Source: an uncultured Fodinibius sp.
GTDB taxonomy: Bacteria > Bacteroidota > Rhodothermia > Balneolales > Balneolaceae
Assembly (NCBI GenBank): GCA_913056455.1
Contig: CAJXMJ010000002.1
Span: 599,665-663,664, forward strand
Length of the DNA stretch: 64,000 nucleotides
Reading direction: 5' to 3'
The position numbers were made by a program, and so were the translations under genes. This document shows, in pieces, positions 10,406 through 19,944 of this stretch. Under the pieces are notes generated by a model, which had not been told where the DNA came from, made no database searches, and worked only from the letters and a program-made list of their open reading frames with translations. Position 1 is the first letter of the stretch. Each line of letters starts with the position of its first letter.

Positions 10406-10903
10406 TCAGCCAGAAATTAATTCAATCTTATCAATTAGCAGCTCGAAATCCTCGGCCTTCTTATTGCCGATCAAAAAGCCGAGCTCTTGAATAGTCTTGT
10501 GATGAAAGTTGGGCTGGTCTAATCGGCGGCCGCGAAAAGTAGGATATAAATCATTGAGTAACATGGTAATATCCTGCCACTCACTGGTAGTTTCAAAATA
10601 AGAGATATAAGAGTGGGATGCCTGCTGATCATGTTTGACGCGAAACTGATATCGCTTTTCATCGCCCTTTAGCCGCATTCTTATTTTATTCTTGGGATTT
10701 ACTTCAAGGTCAGCTGGTAAATAACGTACTGAGGAAAAACCTCCGTTGTTTTCCAACGATATGGTTCCGCTAAACAGCCCGTATCCCTCTGGGCTTAGGG
10801 TGATTTTACCCCGCGAACGACCACCCATCACCACATCATCTACCGTTTTCCAATTTTGCAGGCTGACATCCTTATTAAATTCAAAAATAATCTGTTGGGG
10901 CAT
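10406..10903 (-). CDS. CIA30 (complex I intermediate-associated protein 30)-like domain protein
   Basis: WKTVDDVVMGGRS...G.FSGTISLENNGGFSSVR is the characteristic CIA30 start. Confidence 0.7.
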   Translation of the reverse strand: MPQQIIFEFNKDVSLQNWKTVDDVVMGGRSRGKITLSPEGYGLFSGTISLENNGGFSSVRYLPADLEVNPKNKIRMRLKGDEKRYQFRVKHDQQASHSYISYFETTSEWQDITMLLNDLYPTFRGRRLDQPNFHHKTIQELGFLIGNKKAEDFELLIDKIELISG

Positions 10904-10907
10904 ATCA

Positions 10908-11474
10908 CTAATTTTCCATGTTCATCTGTCCCGTTGCAATCATCCAGTGATGACGTTGATGATGAGCTCCCTCGGCCAATAACCCAATATATCCCAGTGC
11001 TCGAATTTTTTTCACTTCGGATGCAATATCAGTTGTGCACTTCACAATCCAATCACCTTCATTCTGCTCGGCCTGTATGTCCCAGCCTTTCTCCTTTTTA
11101 AGCATAGTTGGATGCATTTTAAGCAATCTGTTTAGGGCTTCCTCCGCACGTTCTGTATTGGGCTGAACCTTAATTTCAACGCCATTTTCAACCTCTTCCC
11201 TGGAAACTACTTCCACGTCTTCTGTAAAAGCCTTCATATCAAGCAGGTGTTGACGCAAGGCCTCTAAATTAACCTGTTCCCAATCGGTATTAGGATTAGC
11301 TTCAAGCTTTTGCACTACCTCCTGAATCGTCCCAAAAATATCGTTCCCGGGCTCAGTAAGCGGCGTGCCTTTTTGATGCATGTTGTGTTGAGCATAAGCA
11401 ACTCCGGTAACTCCCAATAACATTACCAGAACCGTTAACTTTTTTACAAAAGAGGTGTTCATCTTAAGAGACAT
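10908..11474 (-). CDS. Secreted protein, unknown function
   Basis: Signal peptide (LLGVTGVAYA). It lies 4 nt upstream of the CIA30-like gene, so the two are probably co-transcribed. Confidence 0.5.
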   Translation of the reverse strand: MSLKMNTSFVKKLTVLVMLLGVTGVAYAQHNMHQKGTPLTEPGNDIFGTIQEVVQKLEANPNTDWEQVNLEALRQHLLDMKAFTEDVEVVSREEVENGVEIKVQPNTERAEEALNRLLKMHPTMLKKEKGWDIQAEQNEGDWIVKCTTDIASEVKKIRALGYIGLLAEGAHHQRHHWMIATGQMNMEN

Positions 11475-11617
11475 TGTTAAATTTATGTTTTTATGAATAG
11501 TTATTTAGACTCTTAGCATCTGGCATACTACGTAAGTGATACGTATCAAAGAAGTGTACCAAAAAATCCATTCTTTGATCAAGCCAATTGCTTCATCACT
11601 ACTATAATTAAATTAAC

Positions 11618-11956
11618 TCAACCAATCTTGCACCTGATTGCGGTGTAAATAATCCCTATCACATATAGACTGCCAAAAATTTCTTTGTTATAACGAGCCA
11701 TCCATAGCGGTAGATAGATGTCAAAATTGTCTTCCCGATTTTCGGTATACCGAGCGGCGATAGGGGTAAGGGGACATTTCCAGTTATTTACTGCCAAAAT
11801 CAAGACTTCAAAAGATACAACAGCGCAAAGTATCCATGCAATCCTAATACTACCCATCCATGCATACACTGGAATAGCCACAATGCATCCGGCAAAAAAC
11901 GCCCAGACCAACGTATGAATGAGCTTGATAGCTCGTAATGTCGTCTTTGGATTCAT
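11618..11956 (-). CDS. DUF2784-like membrane protein
   Basis: Three or four TM helices and a WKCPLTP motif, as in DUF2784. Confidence 0.5.
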   Translation of the reverse strand: MNPKTTLRAIKLIHTLVWAFFAGCIVAIPVYAWMGSIRIAWILCAVVSFEVLILAVNNWKCPLTPIAARYTENREDNFDIYLPLWMARYNKEIFGSLYVIGIIYTAIRCKIG

Positions 11957-12183
11957 CAGTTTACTATTTACAAATATAACGCAAAATGCCCCAAATTTAC
12001 CTCAATTAATTATGGGTGTCTGCCATCTTGTACTTTGGATCTCTGCTCATAAAATCCCTAAAAACACCGTGTGACTTACTCCTATTAATATGTAAACTAC
12101 TGTTACCTTTATCCAAGTCAATACAATTTCGAATACATGCTCAATGTTTATTTGATAACTGTATAAAAAAGAACAAGGTCCAC

Positions 12184-12217
12184 ACTAAAAAAGCCCGCCA
12201 AGAAGTATCGACGGGCT
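12184..12217 (-). terminator. Rho-independent terminator of the 12240..12986 gene
   Basis: On the minus strand AGCCCG-loop-CGGGCT is followed by TTTTTT. Confidence 0.65.
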
Positions 12218-12239
12218 CTTAAAAATACAGTTTAACTAC

Positions 12240-12986
12240 TTAATTCTGTTGAGTACTGATATCCGCCAGCCTACTTCGCAATGATACATCGCTTTTTGAT
12301 ACGCTTAAATCGAAATCATCCAAAAACAATTGCCAAGTACCTTCACCATGTGTTTGTACATAGCGTTTTTGAAATTCATTGTCATCATCAAGTTCTGCAA
12401 GACCTCTGTCCATAGAACTGATAATCGCTATTTGATTTTCTCCGTGTAACTGTCGCTGATAGACATTGTAACGACCATCATGATCTTGGTCGGTATTCGC
12501 TTCGTACCAGTCGTCCAACATTCGTTGAAAACGAGCCATTTCTCCATTCTTAACGGAATAGGTTGTTATCATAGCTGTTTCATTTAGTTGCTCCGATGGA
12601 TTTTGCTCATATTTACTCATATGGCTCCACCATTCTACTCTCAAAGGACCATCCAGCAGCGGCTGCACATTATCCAGCCAATCCTTTCCATGAGCGTCCG
12701 TGTATTCCACATTCTCATGGCCGGTCCAGGTTAACGGCCCTTCAACACCTTGGTAGGTGCCGCCAAAAGGACCCGATTCAAAAAAGAAAGCTAATACTGG
12801 CGACTCTTGATGAAAATTTTGGTTGTGTTCCATCCAGGCAGTCTCAAACTGACTTATATTGTTATTTTCAGGTGTCATGCTGTAAACAACAAAAACCTGT
12901 TTTTCATCTTCCATATCTTGCGCAGTAACAACCGTTGTGCAAAACAGTAGAATCACTCCCATAATACTTATTATTATTTTACCCAT
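12240..12986 (-). CDS. Secreted protein, unknown function
   Basis: Signal peptide; no recognised motifs. Confidence 0.5.
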   Translation of the reverse strand: MGKIIISIMGVILLFCTTVVTAQDMEDEKQVFVVYSMTPENNNISQFETAWMEHNQNFHQESPVLAFFFESGPFGGTYQGVEGPLTWTGHENVEYTDAHGKDWLDNVQPLLDGPLRVEWWSHMSKYEQNPSEQLNETAMITTYSVKNGEMARFQRMLDDWYEANTDQDHDGRYNVYQRQLHGENQIAIISSMDRGLAELDDDNEFQKRYVQTHGEGTWQLFLDDFDLSVSKSDVSLRSRLADISTQQN

Positions 12987-13193
12987 ATTTCTTCTCTGCT
13001 ATTATATTAAGATTGAACTTGTAGATAGCATTTTCCGGAATTAGAGACAATTTATATAATCCATAAATATAATAATATCAACCAATTAGGTATAAGTACC
13101 GACGGGTAAATGAGTACTATAGCTTAGGATGGAAACCAAAAAAATTATAAAAAGAAGGGGGTGGTTGCCTAATTCACAGTTTATTTTGTTATG

Positions 13194-14063
13194 CTATTCT
13201 TCCCAAATATGTACGTGGTCTTCAATATAGCTTTCAACAGTATTTGGCCTTTTATCTAAAAGATGCCCAAGCGTGGGATCCACCTCTTCCGCCTGTCCAA
13301 ACCTTAACCCTGTGTGAAGCATGGTTTGAACAAGCGACTGCATGATCCCCAGCTTTTTTCTCACCAACAGGTGATATAAATATCCAGGTATCGATGCCGG
13401 GATGTATTCAATATCTCGACCTATATTCCTGCTTAAGATATCAGCAACCTCGTAAAACGTGTATTTTCTGGGTCCTGTTAGAGTATATGTTTCACCGGAA
13501 TATTTATTTATAGAAGTAAGCATTTGAGCCGCAACTATTCCGACATCCCGCAAATCAACAAAAGCTATATTTCCGTTACCGGCCGGTAAGTATAGTCTGT
13601 TGTCTTCCATAATATCATCCCGATATGCCGAAGCCAAGTTTTGGGCAAAGAACCCCGGTCGCAAAATAATCCAGTCGTTGGGTCCCTTCCGAAGTTGCTG
13701 CTCTACCGCATGGTGCGGTACTAACTTATTGTCTGCTGCACCCGCTACCGACAGGAATACTATGCGTTGAACACCTCTGCTTCTTGCAGTCGAAATGAAT
13801 CGATTAAGAGTATTCTTTGTATCAGATATAGACGGTGGCCGCAACAAAAAAATGGAACTACACCCGGAAACAGCAGAAGAAAATGAATCAGGATTTTGAA
13901 AGTCTAAATATACAGATTCGGGTTCCGACTCATTAAGATAACCTTTTTCGGTACTCCTTGTAGCTATTCGAATGGTCGTTTTGGGATGACAAGCCTGCAG
14001 TGCCGAAACAACTTCTTGACCCACATTTCCTGTTGCTCCGGTCACTAAAACTCTTTGACACAT
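13194..14063 (-). CDS. NmrA-like / atypical SDR NAD(P)-binding protein
   Basis: VLVTGATGNVGQEVV Rossmann motif; 289 aa. Confidence 0.75.
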   Translation of the reverse strand: MCQRVLVTGATGNVGQEVVSALQACHPKTTIRIATRSTEKGYLNESEPESVYLDFQNPDSFSSAVSGCSSIFLLRPPSISDTKNTLNRFISTARSRGVQRIVFLSVAGAADNKLVPHHAVEQQLRKGPNDWIILRPGFFAQNLASAYRDDIMEDNRLYLPAGNGNIAFVDLRDVGIVAAQMLTSINKYSGETYTLTGPRKYTFYEVADILSRNIGRDIEYIPASIPGYLYHLLVRKKLGIMQSLVQTMLHTGLRFGQAEEVDPTLGHLLDKRPNTVESYIEDHVHIWEE

Positions 14064-14135
14064 AAATATGGGTTAAAATTAATTATTCTCGATCTGGGCA
14101 AACGGCAGAACCTATCCATGGGACGATACCCAAAG

Positions 14136-14723
14136 CTACGACTTATAAGCAATTTCCTTGGCCCTGCTTAATTGTTGAAGGTACTTTTTTAACCGTTCTA
14201 TTTGGTTTTCTGTATGAACCGGAAGTTTTATTTTAACAGTGGATCCTGCATCTTTTGTTAGTTCAATTCGGTTCTTTTTCACTTCAACAGCTTTAACCGA
14301 TGACCAATTATATTCCCTTTTGCCCCAAATCGTACTGTGATTTTTTAGGAAAATACCTTCATCATTTATAACAAGAGCTTGATTGCCGGCTATACCTGGA
14401 AAAAAAGCAAAAGCCAGACTACAGGCAATACCGGTGAATGCACTTATCCAATCAATCACACCCTCATATTTATACACAAAGACGATAGCTCCTATAAAAA
14501 ACCCAAGCATTAGTGTCCCTATAAAACGAATAATTCGTATATAAACCGTGTTGGTATCAACGTTCAGTTTAAAGGGTTTCATAATTACTCTCTCTATAAA
14601 GAAATTTATTTTATTAGCATTAGGGAATAGATTTCTTAGCGTAGAAGCTACCCCATAAATTATCAGATTTATAAATAATAATTGGAAAGCTAAAAAGCCA
14701 AGTATTAGCAAAAATAAACCCAA
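14136..14723 (-). CDS. Membrane protein with C-terminal bacterial-PH-like region (hypothetical)
   Basis: Several TM helices. The tracked start is TTG, so the true start is uncertain. Confidence 0.4.
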   Translation of the reverse strand: MGLFLLILGFLAFQLLFINLIIYGVASTLRNLFPNANKINFFIERVIMKPFKLNVDTNTVYIRIIRFIGTLMLGFFIGAIVFVYKYEGVIDWISAFTGIACSLAFAFFPGIAGNQALVINDEGIFLKNHSTIWGKREYNWSSVKAVEVKKNRIELTKDAGSTVKIKLPVHTENQIERLKKYLQQLSRAKEIAYKS

Positions 14724-14760
14724 AACGGGATCAGGTATTCAACATCTCAGATGGGTAGGG

Positions 14761-14802
14761 AATAAAAAAATAAAGCCCCACATATTAACAGATGTGAGGC
14801 TT
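14761..14802 (-). terminator. Rho-independent terminator of the PD40 lipoprotein gene
   Basis: Minus strand AAGCCTCACAT-loop-ATGTGGGGCTT followed by TATTTTTTTATT. Confidence 0.65.
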
Positions 14803-14832
14803 CAACGAGAGGGGTTATTTATTCACTAATCC

Positions 14833-15987
14833 TTACTTCACCGGGCTCCAATAGGCTCCACCATCCTCAGCAGGATTTGCTGTAAGGTTGGTAACGGTAC
14901 CTGATCCGTCGGAATTGATCCTGTAAATTTCCGTATCATGATCACGATCTGTCTCAAATATCAGATATTTCCCATCAGGCGACCAGCTGGGAAATAACTC
15001 TTCATCATATTTTTGGCCATATATATAAGTCCCCCCAGTACCGTCGCTATTAAGAGTATAGATGTTGTAATATCCATCCACGAGTTGAGATACCGCAAAT
15101 TTACTCCCGTCAGGAGACCACCGGGGATAGTAAACAGTATCAACAGCACTGTTGTAGGTATTTAACTGTTTCATCCCGGTTCCGTCATAGTTCATTGTGT
15201 AAAGAAGATACTCATCTGTCATTACTATTCTACTGCCACTGGGCGAATAGTCAGGTTCAAAACCGCTTTGAATATGTTTTCTATTGCTACCATCGACATT
15301 TACCTGGTAAACACCTGAGAATACAAGCTTTTCGTCATCGTCCGACCAGCTGGGGATAGTCGGGTTTCCCTGGGAGGGAGAATAATCGGTTACTGGCTTA
15401 ATATTTGAACCATCAGCATTCATTACGTAAATACTGTCAGCCCCATTGCGGCTGCTTGTAAAGGCTATTTGCATACCGTCATTGGAAATTACGGGGTATT
15501 GGTCTCGGTAAGTGTTATTTGTAATCTGCCGGGAATTTGAACCGTCTGCATTCATTACAAATATCTCAAAGTCCCCATCTCGGTCACTGTGAAATACAAT
15601 TTCATTCTCCAGGATATCTTTACAATTTACCGAAAAGGTGTTGCTGCTTGTCTGCCCGGCCGTAATTGAAATAGTTTTGGGGTTGCTTCCACTCACCGAA
15701 CAGTTTTTTGATAAATCACTTAGTTCTACTTGATGATTTCCTTCCGACAAATCGTTGATGGTTACCTTTTCATCAGTTTGCACGTTTTGACTACTGGTAT
15801 CATTGATTGAGAGTACATAACCGTCCTCGTCAATATCGCTGCCCGTTGAGGATATCGTCAAGTCGAGCGTACCACTGGTAACCGTTGGTTCTGTATCAGG
15901 ATTTGAATTGGTGGGGCTATCATCACCACCACAGGCGACAAATAGAATGAGCATTAATGAACATACGATTGGGGTATACTTATGCAT
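14833..15987 (-). CDS. PD40/TolB-like beta-propeller lipoprotein
   Basis: Lipobox (LFVAC) and repeated D-G-S/T ... Y..N.DGS PD40-type blades (e.g. FVMNADGSNSRQIT, YVMNADGSNIKPVT). Confidence 0.75.
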   Translation of the reverse strand: MHKYTPIVCSLMLILFVACGGDDSPTNSNPDTEPTVTSGTLDLTISSTGSDIDEDGYVLSINDTSSQNVQTDEKVTINDLSEGNHQVELSDLSKNCSVSGSNPKTISITAGQTSSNTFSVNCKDILENEIVFHSDRDGDFEIFVMNADGSNSRQITNNTYRDQYPVISNDGMQIAFTSSRNGADSIYVMNADGSNIKPVTDYSPSQGNPTIPSWSDDDEKLVFSGVYQVNVDGSNRKHIQSGFEPDYSPSGSRIVMTDEYLLYTMNYDGTGMKQLNTYNSAVDTVYYPRWSPDGSKFAVSQLVDGYYNIYTLNSDGTGGTYIYGQKYDEELFPSWSPDGKYLIFETDRDHDTEIYRINSDGSGTVTNLTANPAEDGGAYWSPVK

Positions 15988-16416
15988 AACTATGATTTTT
16001 TTCTCTTGTTAATATGAACTCCTTAAAGGAGTAATGGGATATGTTTGTTTGTTAGCCAACTAATTTCCCCAAATATCTATATTAAAATTTTCTAATACAA
16101 GAATCGGGGTCAAATACCTTGATTTAACAACTTCTGTCACTATAGGCAAAAAAGTATCTGTAATAATAAAATTTAATTCCGTCCGGAGAAGGGCATCAAG
16201 CCGTAACTATATTCGATATTAAATAGCTTTCACAAGATGGTATAGTCAATTGGTTAATAATAACCTTTATACCTAATCGGAGGAGGGTTAATGCTGGCAG
16301 GAATAATAACTCTTAAAAAGCTATTAAATTGAAGTACGTTTCCTTTTTTACCCAAGGCCTGATTTAGGAGGCAGGATATATCCCTATAATTGACATTTTT
16401 GATTTAATCCAACCAG

Positions 16417-16959
16417 TTAGTTAATATGAAACGAGGGTCCAAAACTTACGTATTCGCCCCAAAAGTCGAATCTATATACAGTCAGATTAAAACTTACAGC
16501 TTCTCCAAAGCTAATGGTATTCTTTAAGAATAGGCCAAATCTGGAAAAATTCGTCTTCTCTGTTTCATAAAAATCCAACCAATCACCTGTCCAGCCCGCA
16601 CCAGAAACATATTTTTCTACACCGATTTGATAAGATCCGCCGCCACCAATACTCCAATCCACTTTTCGGTTAATAAGCTTATAACTTATACCTAAATCAG
16701 AATAAAGACTTCGGTGATAATCTTTAACATCAACTCCGGATATTTTTTCATTTGGTCCGATATCGACGAATCCGTTTAATCTAAAATCTGCATTTAAATC
16801 GCCGAAAAGATTATGTTCGATTACCAAATTGGGATTGAGTCCCCAAAAACCTTTGTTAATTGATCCGGCTCCATTTATACCGCCCTTTAGGGAAGTTTGC
16901 CCGAAACTTAAAGAGAACGAAAGAAAAATAATTGTGAATGATAGAAATAGCTTCTTCAT
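16417..16959 (-). CDS. Small outer-membrane beta-barrel-like protein (hypothetical), last ORF of the cassette-like array
   Basis: Start moved to the ATG giving MKKLFLSFTIIFLSFSLSFGQ, because the tracked start at 17001 runs into repeat R1. Alternating pattern, ends ...FHIN. Confidence 0.45.
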   Translation of the reverse strand: MKKLFLSFTIIFLSFSLSFGQTSLKGGINGAGSINKGFWGLNPNLVIEHNLFGDLNADFRLNGFVDIGPNEKISGVDVKDYHRSLYSDLGISYKLINRKVDWSIGGGGSYQIGVEKYVSGAGWTGDWLDFYETEKTNFSRFGLFLKNTISFGEAVSFNLTVYRFDFWGEYVSFGPSFHIN

Positions 16960-16997
16960 TGAAATTGAGTTTGGGTTGGTATAGGTAACAATCTTGA

Positions 16998-17118
16998 CCA
17001 TAACCGTATAACCGGCGCAAGTATTGATGTTGAAATAGCAACTAACGGAAGAAGATGCGTAAAACCAAGAGGAGCAAAGAATTGGCGAGGCCTGTCCGCG
17101 TTAATGCCTTGGTTAGCC
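16998..17118 (-). repeat. attC-like structured repeat R1 (more degenerate copy)
   Basis: CCATAAC box, arm GTATAACCGGCG, then GGCGAGG + CCTGTCCGCGTTAATGCC, spacer TTG and GTTAGCC box 7 nt before the doc stop codon. Confidence 0.55.
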
Positions 17119-17125
17119 GTACTTA

Positions 17126-17518
17126 CTATTTTTCTATAGCATTCTCTTTTAGATGTTTGGTAACTTCCTCTTTGGAAATGTCTTTTGACAGAAAGTCTAA
17201 GACCAAGTCTGCAAGTTCCAGATCATAAGATTCCTCAACTTCATATCCATTGAGATACAAAAAAGTCAAGGCAGAGGCTAAGGCCGTTCGCTTATTTCCA
17301 TCGACGAATGGATGCCGGATCGTTAAACAAATGATGTAGCTGGCCGCCATTTCGAATAGGTCATTGAGATACTCTCCATCAAAACTTGCTTTAGAAGCAT
17401 CCGCGCAAGCTTGGACGTCTTGTTCTTCTCGTATACCTGGGTCGCCACCTGCTTTTTGAATCTCTTGCTCATGGATGAATAAAATGTCTTCCATAGTTAG
17501 AAAGGAAGGCTCTTTCAT
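17126..17518 (-). CDS. doc: Doc (death-on-curing) Fic-family toxin
   Basis: HPFVDGNKRTA matches the Doc/Fic motif HxFx(D/N)GNKR; 130 aa; overlaps the upstream antitoxin gene by 1 nt. Confidence 0.85.
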   Translation of the reverse strand: MKEPSFLTMEDILFIHEQEIQKAGGDPGIREEQDVQACADASKASFDGEYLNDLFEMAASYIICLTIRHPFVDGNKRTALASALTFLYLNGYEVEESYDLELADLVLDFLSKDISKEEVTKHLKENAIEK

Positions 17519-17724
17519 TATTCACCCAGTTTATCTAAGGATTTACGATGCTTCTTGCTGACTTCTTGATAAGCAGACTTTGCATCAACTTTTTTAATCA
17601 AAAGTCCTTCATCTTGTGGGATGATTTCAACTTGGTCATCATCTTCTACCTTCAACAGCTTAAGCAGGGCTTTTTCGAGTAAGACACCACGACTGTTACC
17701 GATTTTTTGAAGTTTCTTAATCAT
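17518..17724 (-). CDS. AbrB/MazE/SpoVT-type antitoxin
   Basis: 68 aa with KIGNSRGVLLEKALL swapped-hairpin motif, immediately upstream of doc. Confidence 0.75.
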   Translation of the reverse strand: MIKKLQKIGNSRGVLLEKALLKLLKVEDDDQVEIIPQDEGLLIKKVDAKSAYQEVSKKHRKSLDKLGE

Positions 17725-17814
17725 AATATTGTTGCTTTATGTTCTTACTATGTTATTAACATAAGAATACGAAATAAAAAGCAAAAAAGTATATAAGAAG
17801 GGAATATTTAATAC

Positions 17815-17939
17815 GGCTAACGACCTGGCGCATATGATGCGCACGACAAAATGTTGAGTTGATAAATAATGAACGAGAATTTAAAAAGCCAAAAACTAGC
17901 AAGACCAGGCGAGGTGCGTCCCCTAAATGCGGGTTATAT
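17815..17939 (-). repeat. attC-like structured repeat R2
   Basis: GGCTAAC box, arm GCGCATATGATGCGCAC, then GGCGAG + GTGCGTCCCCTAAATGCG and GTTATAT box. The loop is very similar to that of R4. Confidence 0.55.
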
Positions 17940-17954
17940 TTTAAACAGTTTTTG

Positions 17955-18167
17955 TTAGTTACCCCTGCCTGCTTCAACGCCTTGCTGGAATGCTTCGGAA
18001 AGAGCTGCCATATCAATAAATACAATCCAAACTACGAGTAGAACTACACTGGTAATAATAATTTTGGATTGATGCTTTTTAAACTTTTTGAAAAAGCTCA
18101 TCCCAAATAGGGCTATACCACCGAAAAGACTTAGATCTACGAGAAGACCACCTATAAATTCTAACAT
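17955..18167 (-). CDS. 70-aa two-TM protein (hypothetical cassette ORF)
   Basis: ATG start and two hydrophobic helices; flanked by repeats R2 and R3. Confidence 0.45.
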   Translation of the reverse strand: MLEFIGGLLVDLSLFGGIALFGMSFFKKFKKHQSKIIITSVVLLVVWIVFIDMAALSEAFQQGVEAGRGN

Positions 18168-18195
18168 GATGAAGTATTTAATTTAAAGTTTAAAA

Positions 18196-18327
18196 ATATA
18201 ACGACATTGCACATAAGGGGCGTGCAAAATGACGCCGAATTTGCTTAAAAATGTACTACGGAAACTGACCAAATTGAAACCGGAAGCCAACGGCGAGGCA
18301 CGTCCCACTTAATGCGCGGGGTATAGA
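18196..18327 (-). repeat. attC-like structured repeat R3
   Basis: ATATAAC box, spacer GACATT, arm GCACATAAGGGGCGTGC, then GGCGAG + GCACGTCCCACTTAATGCGC, spacer GGG and GTATAGA box 3 nt before the next stop codon. Confidence 0.6.
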
Positions 18328-18330
18328 ACA

Positions 18331-18696
18331 TTAATTCCAGCGCCCAAATAGCTCAAGCCCTATACCAGTATTTAATAGATTAAAAATCAAAAGGATTGCT
18401 ATCAGTAAACAGGGCACCCAAAGTAGGTAAGCCACTTGCGTTCGGAAATGTTTAGTTGCAAAAAAAGTAATTACAAATGCTATTAATGCATGGGCAAAAC
18501 CAACAAAATTTAGGTGCTTTATATTATCAGACATGCCTAATGCTACAAGTGCTAAAAAAACAAGGATAGCTTTAGCAATTTGTTTTGTTTTTTCTTCTTT
18601 GACAGTAAAAAGCATCCCCACGATAAGAGCTATAAGCGAAACACTTATTGCCGACACAGAGAACCATATGAAATTATTATAAATGAAATCTGACAT
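18331..18696 (-). CDS. 121-aa four-TM protein (hypothetical cassette ORF)
   Basis: The ATG lies 3 nt from repeat R4 and the stop 3 nt from repeat R3; four hydrophobic helices. Confidence 0.5.
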   Translation of the reverse strand: MSDFIYNNFIWFSVSAISVSLIALIVGMLFTVKEEKTKQIAKAILVFLALVALGMSDNIKHLNFVGFAHALIAFVITFFATKHFRTQVAYLLWVPCLLIAILLIFNLLNTGIGLELFGRWN

Positions 18697-18699
18697 GTT

Positions 18700-18820
18700 C
18701 TATAACGATATTGCGCATAACCGGCGTGCAATATAATGTTGATTAAATAAATAATGACGGAAAGCTAAAAAGCCAAAATCTGGCAAGTGATGGCGAGGCA
18801 CGTCCGCGTTAATGCGCAGG
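18700..18820 (-). repeat. attC-like structured repeat R4, apparently separated from its outer GTTAGGC box by the IS
   Basis: CTATAAC box, spacer GATATT, arm GCGCATAACCGGCGTGC, then GGCGAG + GCACGTCCGCGTTAATGCGC and AGG. The arms give 17 bp of pairing with three bulged bases in the right arm. Confidence 0.6.
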
Positions 18821-18889
18821 ATCTTTCCAAAAAGGAAGTCCTCACTTAGATTAGAGAGTATCAACCCTAACTAATCCAAGGAGGACTCC

Positions 18890-19944
18890 ATGACCTATGT
18901 AGGAATAGATCTTCACGCTAATAATATGGTAATTGTAGCAATTAACAGCAACGGAGAAGTGATCCGGGAGGCCAAGTTGCCGACTTCCCAGCGAGCGTTG
19001 GAAGATTTTTTTAATACATTTGATGGGCCCATCAAGGCCGTAGTCGAATGCACTAGTAACTGGTATTGGTTGTCGGACTGGTGTCGAGCCAATGGCGTAG
19101 ATCTGAGGCTGGCCCACGCGAAGATGGTCAAGGCCATCAGCTATGCGAAAGTAAAGACGGATACTGTGGATGCGAAAACCCTGGCGGAACTACTCAGCGC
19201 GGACCTTATACCGGAGGCCTACCAGGTGCAACACGACCGACGAGAGTTGCGGGAGCTGACCCACGGACGCCTCCGGATGGTCCAATGGCGGGGCAAATTG
19301 CAGTCCGCGTTGTGGGGACAAGCCATCAAATACAACGTGCAGATCAGTGGAAATCAGTGGCGCCAGCTGAACCAATTACAACAATGGCTTGGCTCACAGT
19401 TGCCACCAGCCGCAAACCTGCAGGCCCGGCTGTTAATTGAGCAAATGAGCCAGTTGCAGTCCCACATCCATCGGATAGAAGAAGAAATCGAGCGACAAGT
19501 TCCCTTCGGAGAAGTGGCCGAGCGGCTCATGGCTGTGCCGGGGCTTGGAAAGGTAGGTGCCTGGACAATCCTGGCAGAGATCGGGGACATCACCCGATTC
19601 CCCAGTGCCAAGCAATTTACCAGTTATTGTCGGCTGGTACCAGGGGCCAAAGACAGCGGCGGATCCCATCGCCATAAGTCAGGAAACAAGGATGGGAACC
19701 GGTACTTACGAGCAGCCTTTGGCCAAGCGGCCGTCTCTGCTTATACCCATTACAAAGTGGTAAAGAAATTTTATCGCAAGATTAAGCGTCGAAGTGGTCG
19801 GCCCGAGCCGTGGTCGCTAAGGAGTTGGCCAAAGGCGTCTGGCATATGCTGACGAAAGACCAGGAGTATAAAGGATTTAAGGGGCAGCCAGTAAGGGCTG
19901 CTTCCCAAACCTGCTGGCCCCAACCGATAAGCCCGAACGCCTAA
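18890..19944 (+). pseudogene. IS110-family (DEDD) transposase with a frame disruption near 19795-19805
   Basis: YVGIDLH N-terminus and AVPGLGKVGAWTILAEIGDITRF (Transposase_20-like). The tracked ORF ends at 19852 in ...GRPEPWSLRSWPKASGIC, while the frame starting at 19801 reads ARAVVAKELAKGVWHMLTKDQEYKGF... to a stop at 19942-19944, which is the expected IS110 C-terminus. Confidence 0.8.

Noticed and set aside
12016-12222. 68-aa + strand ORF
   Set aside because: It lies in an AT-rich intergenic region, ends in the terminator hairpin of the convergent gene, and has low-complexity Leu/Lys-rich content.
17756-18041. Tracked ORFs 17756..18025 (-) and 17859..18041 (+)
   Set aside because: They run through repeat R2 and overlap the better-supported 70-aa ORF. 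They are most likely artefacts of the repeat sequence.
18851-19763. Multiple 60-124 aa ORFs overlapping or antisense to the IS110 transposase
   Set aside because: GC-rich DNA yields long spurious frames, and the transposase frame has clear family motifs.
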